IMG/VR virus record: IMGVR_UViG_3300044640_002221
Location: 32,001 to 96,000 of that record
Origin: a virus
DNA length: 64,000 nucleotides
Strand: one strand, 5' to 3'
The notes under the pieces were generated by a model that saw only the letters and a program-made list of their open reading frames with translations, did not search any database and was not told where the DNA came from. Below are positions 20,293 through 28,891 of this stretch, in pieces; the first letter of the stretch is position 1; every line of letters begins with the position of its first letter. Position numbers and translations under genes: made by a program.

Positions 20293-21679
20293 TGAGGTCT
20301 TCTGTTCTTTCTTTAGTTTGAACCATTAGGACTATTACACAGCCATCTCGATTAAGAGGTTGTAAATAGAGTAAGTGATGCCCTGTTGTCTTAATATTAG
20401 AAGCCTGGGAGAGCTTAACGAACATCTTGTTAGTTACTTCTTCCTCTTCTTCTATCTGCTCGAAGTCAAAAGAGTCAGACATAACTCCACCCTCTAGCTT
20501 TTGTTGGCGTGTAATGTAAGTCTTTAAGGACTTTAGAGCATCTGTAAGATAAGAATGGTCCACTACTATAGGCATCCATTCTTTATCTAATCCATCAGTA
20601 GAAGGAGGAATAACCTCAGCTCGCTCTGACTTCTTGTTGTCAGAGCGTTTGGATAAAATGGCTTTACCTTCAATAAATTCTATTACTATGTCCTTGCGAG
20701 TGGCGTTCTTTTTAGGAGTACATATCTGAACAGCGTTAATTAGCTCCTGCAAATCAAAAACCCTATAACCTTTCTTTTCTACTTGTAGCCCCTTACCTTC
20801 TTTAAAGAAGTGAGCGGCTGCTCCTCTTGATAAAGCTGGACACTTGTAACCATCAATGGTTGGTATATTGGCATGACCTTGTTTGCCAACTATATGTAAC
20901 CTTTTTCCTTCTTGAGAGTATCTAAGTTCAATTCCTTGTCCTACTTCCTCATCTGAATAGATTGGTTTGGAAACAAAGGTTGTACGAGTAATGTGTCTAC
21001 CTCTTACTCCTAAATCCCAGTCCCTTCCACCTACAGTACCAATTAGAACACACAACAGCCCAGAACCTTGACTCCCATCTCGTTCTGTTGCTGTAAGGTA
21101 TAAGTTTCCTTCTCTACACCACAACCAAGCTTCTTTTTCTGTTGTATCTGCTTTGAGACTGCTGAAAGAATCACAAAGAGCGATCGCATGGAATAAGTCT
21201 AAAACTAACTCCTGGTGCACCTCAGCCAGGGTTTCATAGTCATATTCTTGAACTTTTAACTCTCTATCCTCAAACTCTGCTTCATCACCGTTGAAAGTCC
21301 CTATCAGGACATTGTTTGTAAGTTTCAACCTTTTACTGTTTGGAAGGATACAATCTACCTTCATTTGACTGGAAGGGGTTTGAGTGACTCGTAAGCCGTT
21401 TAGCTTCCAGACGTCCAGTTTTTCATTTACTCGTGTGAGTAGATCGTCTGCGTCAAATAAGTAAGTTGTACCAATAATCCCTGCTGAGTTGACATATCTT
21501 TCAAACCAGACACTTCCCGCTAAATAAGCTGTTAGACGAGAGTTGTCAGTCTCTATTTGCTCTAAACGCATAAAGGTTAAGGCAGACCCTTCTGGTAACT
21601 GTTTGTCTGGGTCATAGAGCGATCGCACTGCGGCGGTTAATTCTTTAGTTGTACCAAAGTCAATTTGAGTGATGGACAT
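20279..21679 (-). CDS. dnaN: Putative DnaN (beta)-like sliding clamp
   Basis: Clamp-like segments LYLTATERDG, VFDLQELINAVQI and IVVDHSYLTDALKSL (cf. beta C-terminal I.FN..YL.DAL), plus an adjacent DnaX homolog. Confidence 0.55.
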   Translation of the reverse strand: MSITQIDFGTTKELTAAVRSLYDPDKQLPEGSALTFMRLEQIETDNSRLTAYLAGSVWFERYVNSAGIIGTTYLFDADDLLTRVNEKLDVWKLNGLRVTQTPSSQMKVDCILPNSKRLKLTNNVLIGTFNGDEAEFEDRELKVQEYDYETLAEVHQELVLDLFHAIALCDSFSSLKADTTEKEAWLWCREGNLYLTATERDGSQGSGLLCVLIGTVGGRDWDLGVRGRHITRTTFVSKPIYSDEEVGQGIELRYSQEGKRLHIVGKQGHANIPTIDGYKCPALSRGAAAHFFKEGKGLQVEKKGYRVFDLQELINAVQICTPKKNATRKDIVIEFIEGKAILSKRSDNKKSERAEVIPPSTDGLDKEWMPIVVDHSYLTDALKSLKTYITRQQKLEGGVMSDSFDFEQIEEEEEVTNKMFVKLSQASNIKTTGHHLLYLQPLNRDGCVIVLMVQTKERTEDLNESD

Positions 21680-21733
21680 AAAATAATAGCTGCCTTATTA
21701 GACAGCTTAGAGTAGTATCTCAATTTTTCTTCT

Positions 21734-21931
21734 TTAACTGTCTGACTGCAGCTTATTAATTGCTTCTTGAGCATCAACAAAACTCTGTAAAGCTTTTGTT
21801 AACTCTTCATCACTAATAAAGAACAAGTTCTTTCTGTCTGTATAAGATAAAGCGTTAATTAGTAGTTGACCTACTCTTAATTCTGGGCAGGCAGTTTTTG
21901 CTACTTGTATTGTTGTTAAAAGGTCTTTCAT
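21734..21931 (-). CDS. Hypothetical protein
   Basis: ORF track; CPELRVGQL..N motif seen in small phage proteins. Confidence 0.6.
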   Translation of the reverse strand: MKDLLTTIQVAKTACPELRVGQLLINALSYTDRKNLFFISDEELTKALQSFVDAQEAINKLQSDS

Positions 21932-21966
21932 TTTTCACCTTCTGTTGTTTTGCAATAGCTATTATA

Positions 21967-22647
21967 TTACTCTTCCTCTTTTCTTTTTTCTCTGATTGGG
22001 TTTAACAAACGTCCCCAAGTTGGATTTTTTAAGACCGTAGAGGGTACAAAGTTTAGAGTTTGTTCTAACTCTCTTAGTTTGAACTTACTAGCTAGAAGCC
22101 ATATAGACCTTAGCATAAAAGACCTAAAGTAGTTCTGATCTTCATCTAACTTGTGTCTATGTGCTCTCTCAACCTTTAATCTACTCTCCCAGTTGTTTAT
22201 TCTAGCGTTAGAAGTAATCTGTTCCTGCTTTAAAGTCTCAAGTTTATCTAGAATAATGTTTATGCTTTTATCTAGCTGTTCTACTTTTACCTTTTTATCT
22301 GGAGTATTTACTACTTTCCACTTTGTTAAGATACACATCTGCTGCCGCAGCATTCTTCGCTTATGAATAGCACTTCTCCTCCAGTCTAATCTTTCTGCGG
22401 ATGTGTCTTCTGTTGAACCTTTTAGTTCTCCTGACTTCCAAGCTAGTATTGCTGTTTCTATCTGAGCTGTTATATCTCCTATTACAAAGTAAAGGTCACT
22501 CAACATCTCTTCACACTCTTCTAGAGAAGAAGGCAGCTTTGTAGTTTCATAAACTATTGGTGGCATTCCCCATACTCTGGGAAATCCGTAGGTGTCATGT
22601 TGTTCTTCTACAACCTCTCGGCGGTAACTTTGTAAGTCTTCTTGCAT
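21967..22647 (-). CDS. Hypothetical coiled-coil protein
   Basis: ORF track. Confidence 0.6.
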   Translation of the reverse strand: MQEDLQSYRREVVEEQHDTYGFPRVWGMPPIVYETTKLPSSLEECEEMLSDLYFVIGDITAQIETAILAWKSGELKGSTEDTSAERLDWRRSAIHKRRMLRQQMCILTKWKVVNTPDKKVKVEQLDKSINIILDKLETLKQEQITSNARINNWESRLKVERAHRHKLDEDQNYFRSFMLRSIWLLASKFKLRELEQTLNFVPSTVLKNPTWGRLLNPIREKRKEEE

Positions 22648-23114
22648 TGCTTTACTCTCTTTAGCTTATTGTGTGAGTATAACCTGTTTATATGGCTAAT
22701 AAACAGTTTCTTTTTACCTGATATAGGGCGTGTCGGCTTCTGCACCTTTACTAAACTGTCTAGGTCAAGCCCTGCCAGCACTTGTAAATCTTCTATGCAC
22801 AAGTCTGAAAAGCTTAACTCATGTAGGTGCATACCTACCTTTGTAATTACTGTATTGCTTGTGAAACCGTTAACAGACTCTTCTACCAAGTCTAAGAACT
22901 TTAGTCTGATCGGTTTCTTTAGTCTGATCGGTTTCTTTAGTAAACATAGCTTTACAGGTTTTCCATTATTCTCTGGTTTATAAAGAGCTGGGCTACTCCA
23001 GGTCTTTTCCTGTCTATACTCACTATCTTTCAGATAAGGTTTCACTATCTGCTTGATAGTCTTAATTAAATGCTTTTTGAGAGTATCTAACTCTTGGTCT
23101 GTTAGTAATGTCAT
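22608..23114 (-). CDS. Hypothetical protein
   Basis: ORF track; contains an 18-nt tandem duplication (KKPIRL x2). Confidence 0.55.
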   Translation of the reverse strand: MTLLTDQELDTLKKHLIKTIKQIVKPYLKDSEYRQEKTWSSPALYKPENNGKPVKLCLLKKPIRLKKPIRLKFLDLVEESVNGFTSNTVITKVGMHLHELSFSDLCIEDLQVLAGLDLDSLVKVQKPTRPISGKKKLFISHINRLYSHNKLKRVKQCKKTYKVTAERL

Positions 23115-23123
23115 AAACTGCCT

Positions 23124-23558
23124 TTAGTAATCGCAACCACAATCTGAACTGCTATCGTAAGAGCTGCAATCTGAACTACTATAATCATTACAGTCAAAGG
23201 TACTGCTACTGTCATCAAAAGCAGTGTGGGTAAAACGGTAACTTTCATCAACCCAGTCTTCCACTTTTGCTGTATTTAAGTTGTACTCCTTTTTACTATG
23301 GTATCTACGACTTTCTGAAGTATTTACATTAGTCTGTTTCAAAGGCTTTATATGTAATCCAGCTTTTCTTCTATCTTCTGAGTTATAAGGCCACTGAAAG
23401 TCTGGTGAGTTGAAGAACTCTTCCTTTTCTTTAGTAGTTATCCCTGCTATTTCTTCTTGAGTGGGTGCAGCCTTTCTCTGACCTAAGTTATGCACGGCAG
23501 GGTCATAAGGCCAATCAATATGTTGTTTAACTAATTCATTAAGTTCTTCATTTGTCAT
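23124..23558 (-). CDS. Hypothetical protein with a Ser/Asp/Cys-rich tail
   Basis: ORF track. Confidence 0.55.
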   Translation of the reverse strand: MTNEELNELVKQHIDWPYDPAVHNLGQRKAAPTQEEIAGITTKEKEEFFNSPDFQWPYNSEDRRKAGLHIKPLKQTNVNTSESRRYHSKKEYNLNTAKVEDWVDESYRFTHTAFDDSSSTFDCNDYSSSDCSSYDSSSDCGCDY

Positions 23559-23603
23559 AAAGCCTCCTGGTTAAATATTACAAAACTCCCCTAGCTTATT
23601 CTA

Positions 23604-23894
23604 CTAGAGGAGCTTGCGATTTGCTCTATTAGAGTCTAGATAATCATCCAAATATTCTTGTAAGCAGACAGAGCCGCAGAAAGTTCCTTGTTCATTTTGA
23701 GAATGAGGTACTAGGACTTCACTTCTAATAGTTAAAGTAACCAGCAGACTGTGGTTTAAGTCCATCTTTAGACTCCCTCCACACCAGTCGCAGCAATCTT
23801 TCTTACCTATAGCTCCTGTCATTGTTTGCCTCCTAGATATGACAAAGGGAGGGTAATACCCTCCCCTCTTATCAATGAAGCCAGATTGGTCCAA
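23604..23894 (-). CDS. Hypothetical protein with CxxC pairs
   Basis: CDWCG...CGSVC. Confidence 0.55.
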   Translation of the reverse strand: MDQSGFIDKRGGYYPPFVISRRQTMTGAIGKKDCCDWCGGSLKMDLNHSLLVTLTIRSEVLVPHSQNEQGTFCGSVCLQEYLDDYLDSNRANRKLL

Positions 23895-24123
23895 TATTGT
23901 ACTCAGCTCGTCCGGTCAAGGGACTGCCAGCAGCTTTAAAGAACTCAGTCTCTACTTCCACCATTATTCTGTGAATCAGCTCTGCTGCTTCTTTAGCCTC
24001 CGCGTCCCAAGCAAACTTAGGTGTAGTTGGTCTACCATCTTTATCAATTACGTTACCGTGTTTATCAAAGAAGGTTTTAGTCTCATCTATCCAAGTCTTA
24101 CCCGGAGCGCGGGCGTTTAGTTC
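23872..24123 (-). CDS. polA: Family A DNA polymerase, last exon
   Basis: ELNARAPG...AELIHRIMVEVE...YNIGPIWLH* completes motif C (VHD|EL) and the IG..W..H terminus; follows the intron terminal G at 24124. Confidence 0.9.
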   Translation of the reverse strand, partial: ELNARAPGKTWIDETKTFFDKHGNVIDKDGRPTTPKFAWDAEAKEAAELIHRIMVEVETEFFKAAGSPLTGRAEYNIGPIWLH

Positions 24124-24274
24124 CACTTGTGTTACGAGTAGCCCGGTTCCGACTACTCTCTCTAGCTTTCACTAGAGGTCAGATCATATCATCCTCAGTT
24201 ATGAGGGAGCCTGTTTCGAGTGTCCGACACCCTACGTCTTGTGACTGACCGTTGAACCTTGTACGTGCTATAAG

Positions 24275-24355
24275 TGGATGCTAAAAGAGTTGAACTTTTC
24301 TTGGGTTTCCCCACGACTTATGAGGTCGTTGCCTAAACCGCTCGGCCAAGCATCC
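24275..24355 (-). tRNA. tRNA(CAU), probably Ile2 (Met not excluded), with a 13-nt variable region; nested in intron 4
   Basis: GGATGCT/AGCATCC+A acceptor; D arm GCCGAGCGGTTTAGGC; ACGAC-CTCATAA-GTCGT anticodon arm; GGGGAAACCC variable hairpin; AAAAG-TTCAACT-CTTTT T arm; no encoded CCA. Confidence 0.88.
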
Positions 24356-24427
24356 ATCTTTATAGTTTAGCACCTTGGCTGCTGATTGTCCATATCCTTG
24401 TTCTTTTTAAACCTGATGACAGCTAGT

Positions 24428-24703
24428 TTAACAAAGGTCTAAGTTACCTTCTGAACTATAATCTACGTCTGTCAGATGGTCTTGACAACATAAGTAAACT
24501 TTTGCGTCTGCTTTTACCAATCCATCTGCTAACAACTTCTGCACCTTATCTAAAAGCTGCTGAACTGTTATTGCTTCTGGGGGTTTAGGAGCATAGTTTT
24601 GAGGTACTAGTAATGCCCCTATGGTCTTTAAACCTGGATGAGGTGCAGCACCACTTTTGGTTATTGTTTTAGGAAGTATGTAAGGTTCTGTCATGTCTTC
24701 CAC
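24428..24703 (-). CDS. Intron-encoded hypothetical protein (no nuclease motif)
   Basis: ORF track; enclosed by the stem ATGATAGTTA/TAGCTGTCAT between the P and Q elements. Confidence 0.6.
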   Translation of the reverse strand: MEDMTEPYILPKTITKSGAAPHPGLKTIGALLVPQNYAPKPPEAITVQQLLDKVQKLLADGLVKADAKVYLCCQDHLTDVDYSSEGNLDLC

Positions 24704-24815
24704 TATTTATTAACTATCATTATAATCACGCTTGCCGTTTCCAGCTACGTTGTGGTGAACAAGGCTCTGAGGAATTTCCAGCAATTTAAGCTCTTTACCC
24801 ACGACCAACTAATCA

Positions 24816-24905
24816 ATCGTGCACCGCGTTTAATATTATAATTCCTGTTCCTTTAGCCTCCTTTCGTACGCGTATCATGGCTTCTTTCATCATCTGGGCG
24901 CATTC
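24816..24905 (-). CDS. polA: Family A DNA polymerase exon (30 codons)
   Basis: ECAQMMKEAMIRVRKEAKGTGIIILNAVHD, matching the IQGxAAD..K.AM to motif C segment. Confidence 0.9.
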
Positions 24906-25000
24906 CGATTATGTTATCACTGAGCTTTTTATCTCAGTTTCTAAAGATTTCTCCTTAGTCCAGGGCACGTCTTGAACAGTAAGTGGGTAGTAGGTTTGGT

Positions 25001-25366
25001 CTAGAAGGGAGAGGCGTAACCTTTCCAGTCTTCTATGGTATTTAAGGTTTGAGTCTCAGTGGTCAGTCCAGCTATTAAAGTAGAGACACCTCCTTGTAAG
25101 TTTGGTAGTTTTATTCCTTTAGAAGGATTAGCTCTTTCAAACTCTGCATAAGCTTTATCAGAGTAAAACTGCCCCGTGCTTTGCTGGAGTTGGTCTCTCA
25201 GCTTAGTGTTCTCTTCCATAGCAACAATCAACTTTTCAGTCAATTGTTGGTTCTGTGTTTGCAGGTCAGCTACTAAAGCTTGATAGCTACTGGTGAGAAC
25301 TATCTTGGTGTCAAGTATCTTCTCTAAGTCAGAAGACTCGACGAACTGTTCGTTGTGGTTGTTCAT
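25001..25366 (-). CDS. Intron-encoded hypothetical coiled-coil protein
   Basis: ORF track 25001..25411; likely start is ATG 25366, just after the upstream stop. Confidence 0.6.
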   Translation of the reverse strand: MNNHNEQFVESSDLEKILDTKIVLTSSYQALVADLQTQNQQLTEKLIVAMEENTKLRDQLQQSTGQFYSDKAYAEFERANPSKGIKLPNLQGGVSTLIAGLTTETQTLNTIEDWKGYASPF

Positions 25367-25370
25367 TTGT

Positions 25371-25979
25371 TTAGATAACGTAAGGTTGAACAATTGCGCG
25401 GTACTCTTCAAGTCTGGCTTCTAAGGTTTGGCACTTAGTTTCAAGTTGATTAATCTGCTCTACATACTTAGGAACTAAGTCTTCAAGCTCTGCCAATCTA
25501 GCTCTCAAGTGTATGAGTTCTGACTTTGAGCTTTCCTTCTTCTCTGTAGCCTTTTCAGACTGTTCATTAAAGTAGTCTTCTGCAGTACCTTCCCATAAAG
25601 GGTTAGCCTCAAGCTTATCAACTGCCCAGCGAAGAATCTTATCACTGATAATTACTTTGAAGCAGCTCTCTTCTTTTAGAAGACCAATCTTTTCCACAAC
25701 GTCCCAATGCTCATAGAGGAAGATACAGCGGTAAGCTTTTCTTCTTTCTACTCTCTCTTCTAAATAATGATTAAAAGAGTTGAAAGTTCCTCTGTCAGTT
25801 TCTACAGGGTTAGACTTAGTAGCTGATGCCAGCATATCTCTAATCTTTGTGAGAGACTCTCCAGCATCTCGGTAATGTTGAAGGCTCTTTCTCCTTAACT
25901 GTTGAGACTCTTTAAAGTTCTCGTCAGCTTCACCAAACTTAGTCATGTAATTTGTTTCTAATAGAGATAGGATAAGCAT
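25371..25979 (-). CDS. Intron-encoded protein, DUF3102-like N-terminus plus coiled coil
   Basis: YRDAGESLTKIRDML...F.HYLEE.V..RKAYRCI.LYEHW resembles the N-terminus of 43906..45258. Confidence 0.55.
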   Translation of the reverse strand: MLILSLLETNYMTKFGEADENFKESQQLRRKSLQHYRDAGESLTKIRDMLASATKSNPVETDRGTFNSFNHYLEERVERRKAYRCIFLYEHWDVVEKIGLLKEESCFKVIISDKILRWAVDKLEANPLWEGTAEDYFNEQSEKATEKKESSKSELIHLRARLAELEDLVPKYVEQINQLETKCQTLEARLEEYRAIVQPYVI

Positions 25980-26320
25980 AGAACTTTTATTCTGCTAAAG
26001 GACATGACCTGTGGTTTAAACCACAGGTTCTCATTACTAATATAGCAGCTTATTCTAGAAGAAACATCTTGAGTCTTATTAAACCTTCCAACTACCTTAA
26101 TACGACCTTTGCTGCCTACTTACTGTCCGGGGGCGCTCTTGGGTCTCTTACCGTCTGTTCCTGCAATGCAAGACTGAAGACTTAGACCTGCCCGTCGCAC
26201 CTTCCTACCATTTCTGATAGGCTTGGCTCAAAGTTATCCTCAACATCACTTGGTAGGACTTTCTTATGAGTTCACCCCCTGCACTCTAAAAGTCACCTAA
26301 TAGAGGGGCAATTGTTATTT

Positions 26321-27204
26321 CAGTGTTATTACCGTCAAGGCTCTTTATCCCTGACTTCTACTGGTCACCCAGCAGCTTGGACTATTTCATTATCTAGACT
26401 TAGTAGTAGAACTCTCTTTCTATTTAAGAAGAAACCAGGTTCTTGGTACATAAGCTTGGTCAGCCGTTCAACGCGTTCCTTACTGCCGACTCTTATCACT
26501 TGCACACTCCTATTGTTGTAGATGCTAACCTTAAAGTCATTCTCTCTAAGAAAACTAACTAATTGGTCAACAAACTCTTTACTAGCAGAGCATAAAGTTA
26601 TAGCTTTGTAATCCCCTTTTGCCCCATCCTTTTTGATGTGACCATTCCCATCCATGACACCTCTAAAGAAGCTAAAACTTAAAGGAAAGTTAACCTTTAA
26701 AGATTTACTCTTTCTAGGGGTTATTCCAAGGCTAGTTAAATAAGAAGCAACTTCTTTATTAGTGAAGCTTACCTCGTAATAAGTAGTTTGGTATCTCTTG
26801 TCGAAGATAGGGTAGGGTTTCATCAATTCCCCTAAAAAGCTGCAGAAAGCTAAGGCTAAGTCTTCATCTTTTGTAACTAGACTAACCTTTCCTCTATCAT
26901 GCACGCAGCCATCTGTTGCCATTATTCCCAGCCAGTATTGAACTTCTGGGGCAAGCATTTCTGTAAATGGATTAGTTGTTACTTTCTTAGGGAGTCTTGG
27001 CATCTTTTTCTCTACTACATTCTCAGTCTAGATATCGGGCGCTCGTGGGCAGATTATTATTGGGATTCACTGCCTAGTCTCTGAACCTTCTAGGAAACCT
27101 ATGCCCTTCCTAGCTTGGCTTAGCGTTATCTTACCTTGTAAGACTTTCACTAAATTCACCCGATTTTCATTTATTGATTACTCAATAAAGGGGCTCTCTA
27201 CGGG
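26321..27204 (-). mobile_element. Group I intron 3a of polA (884 nt) with a LAGLIDADG gene in P8
   Basis: IGS GCCCC; P GAAUUUAGUGAAA; R UUCAGAGACUA; P3' CGCCCGAU; P8 AUCUAGACU/AGUCUAGAU; S GAAAUAGUC; ends AUAACACUG. Confidence 0.88.
26365..27003 (-). CDS. LAGLIDADG homing endonuclease (double motif)
   Basis: YWLGIMATDGCV and FFRGVMDGNGHI. Confidence 0.9.
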   Translation of the reverse strand: MPRLPKKVTTNPFTEMLAPEVQYWLGIMATDGCVHDRGKVSLVTKDEDLALAFCSFLGELMKPYPIFDKRYQTTYYEVSFTNKEVASYLTSLGITPRKSKSLKVNFPLSFSFFRGVMDGNGHIKKDGAKGDYKAITLCSASKEFVDQLVSFLRENDFKVSIYNNRSVQVIRVGSKERVERLTKLMYQEPGFFLNRKRVLLLSLDNEIVQAAG

Positions 27205-27274
27205 ACCCTGGATCGCGTGGTTCACTGCAGCGCGAACCGAGCTTTCTCCTACGCCCTTAGCATTCTCTTCATCT
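27205..27274 (-). CDS. polA: Family A DNA polymerase exon (70 nt)
   Basis: (V)DEENAKGVGESSVRAAVNHAIQG, the R.A.N..IQG motif. Confidence 0.9.
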
Positions 27275-27441
27275 CTATTGTGTTATCGCCAGGGCTCTTT
27301 ATCCTTGGCTTCTGTAGGTTATTTTTCCACTACAGTACAGACTATATCATCAACTTAAAAGCAAGCAATTAGTTAAACGTACGGTGTTTTAGTCACGTAG
27401 ACTATTTTGAGTTATTCTTTCTCTTTTCTTTTTTATTACTC

Positions 27442-27573
27442 CTACTGCTTAAACACTACTTCTCTGACGCTGCTGTCCTCTCTTTGTAAGAAAAGTTTAG
27501 ACCCTGCTATTCTTTCCTTTAAGAAGTAAGCTCCTGTAACTATAGCTTTTGTACTTACTTCTTCTGTGGTCAT
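27442..27573 (-). CDS. Small hypothetical protein (43 aa), intron 2 cargo
   Basis: Hand translation MTTEEVSTKAIVTGAYFLKERIAGSKLFLQREDSSVREVVFKQ. Confidence 0.4.
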   Translation of the reverse strand: MTTEEVSTKAIVTGAYFLKERIAGSKLFLQREDSSVREVVFKQ

Positions 27574-27639
27574 ATCTTGGCTTCTAAAATGTTTGTAATG
27601 GAAACACTCTGTTTGCTAAGTAGCTTGTCCTCTAGTTGG

Positions 27640-28512
27640 TCAATCTTTGGTATGTTCACTTTGTTGTGCTTGCCAGACAGTAATACCAACTTCATCTTCT
27701 ATAGCTACTAACTCAGCCGTTATGTTAAAGCTCGAAAAATCAAAAACGCTGACTAAATCTACAGATTTAATATGTACCGCTTTTAAAGACAAAGCAGAAA
27801 CTACACGATAGAATAACTCTTCTTGATTACTTACAGAGTTCTTGATTAAGTAAGTTAACTTGTAAAGTTGAGGAGTGGGAGCGGTGTTTTTAACGCTACA
27901 AACTACATTACCCTCTTCATCTTCTACTCTTGTTAAAGACCAAATAGAGTCTTCGGTACTGAACTCTCCCGCAATATCAAAGCCTTTTTGTTTAGCTAAG
28001 TTTTCAGACTCAGTGCTGAATATCTTATAAAACTCACTGACAGAAGCTTTGTTGTTTACAGAGAATACCAGTTTGTAATCTTGAGAATGCTCTTCTTCTA
28101 AGCACTCACCAACTTCACAGTCCCAAACTATCAGGTTGTCTGAGTCATAAATACGTTTTAAAGTTACTAACCTCTCAGAACCTTGAAGTGCATCTATTGT
28201 AATCTCTGCTGCTACTAAAGCTTCTTGCAGGTCTTTAACTATAACTTCTCTTTCTAAGTTAAAGCTTCTTGGTACAATTTGCTTATTAACGTAAAACTCT
28301 AGCCTGAAAGTTTTCAGGTAAGAATATCTACAATGAAGTCTATAAAGAACTGCGCCAGCTCTAGTTTGACCATCTTTAAGAGTCTCTCTAGCTGCATCTA
28401 AGTAACCCTGAAGTACCTCTCTTTCAATGCCTGGATAGCTTTGGATTAGAAACTCTAGGGTCGGGAGTTCTTTTAAAGTATCGGCAATCAAACAATTGTA
28501 TAGTTGTTGCAT
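27640..28512 (-). CDS. Hypothetical protein with internal YKL repeats, intron 2 cargo
   Basis: ORF track; repeated YKL...FY(K/R)...(V/L)EDE.G..V units. Confidence 0.65.
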   Translation of the reverse strand: MQQLYNCLIADTLKELPTLEFLIQSYPGIEREVLQGYLDAARETLKDGQTRAGAVLYRLHCRYSYLKTFRLEFYVNKQIVPRSFNLEREVIVKDLQEALVAAEITIDALQGSERLVTLKRIYDSDNLIVWDCEVGECLEEEHSQDYKLVFSVNNKASVSEFYKIFSTESENLAKQKGFDIAGEFSTEDSIWSLTRVEDEEGNVVCSVKNTAPTPQLYKLTYLIKNSVSNQEELFYRVVSALSLKAVHIKSVDLVSVFDFSSFNITAELVAIEDEVGITVWQAQQSEHTKD

Positions 28513-28741
28513 GGTTATTTCTTTTAGTCTTGGTAATAATCTGATTGAAATTGTTCTTCTACGAGGTTATCAAGCTGTTCTGTAGCTATATGAGCAAAGC
28601 ATACATGGAGGCTGCTCATATAGTCGGAAGCTTCATTACCTATTACTAAAGCATTCTCTAAGTTACTAGCCAACACATCTCTATAGATTAAAAAGTCTGG
28701 CAAAACCTCTGTACTGACGGTTTAACGTCAGTTTGTATCTA

Positions 28742-28891
28742 TTACTGCTTTTCTTTCTCCTCAATGTCATCAGCTTCCTCCCTGTAAGAGTTCAGTTGTG
28801 CAACTATTTGTTCTGCTGTTTCTCCTTCTGGGAGGGTTACAGCTCCGCTGAGAACATAGTCTTGCAGCATTGTAATAATATCTTGGCTCAT
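28742..28891 (-). CDS. Small hypothetical protein (49 aa), intron 2 cargo
   Basis: Hand translation MSQDIITMLQDYVLSGAVTLPEGETAEQIV...; paralog of 29500..29706. Confidence 0.6.
   Translation of the reverse strand: MSQDIITMLQDYVLSGAVTLPEGETAEQIVAQLNSYREEADDIEEKEKQ

Larger units (their letters stand above)
24124..24815 (-). mobile_element. Group I intron 4 of polA (692 nt) carrying an ORF in the P5 region and a tRNA in P6
   Basis: P1 exon CACGAU/IGS GUCGUG; P AAUUGCUGGAAA; Q GACAAUCAGCAG; P3 GAGCUU/AGGCUC; P7 GGUCA/UGAUC; P9 CUCUAG-UGAAAG-CUAGAG; ends in G. Confidence 0.9.
24906..26320 (-). mobile_element. Group I intron 3b of polA (1415 nt) with two cargo genes in P8
   Basis: IGS UGCCCC pairs with exon end CAGGGU; P3 GGGGGUG/CGCCCCC; P7 GGGCA/UGCCC; P8 GGACAGUAAGUAGG/CCCACUUACUGUUC; P9 hairpins; terminal G at 24906. 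Confidence 0.85.

Noticed and set aside
23872-24126. Track ORFs 23872..24126, 27101..27358 and 31687..32112 as independent genes
   Set aside because: They are polA exons plus read-through into intron sequence
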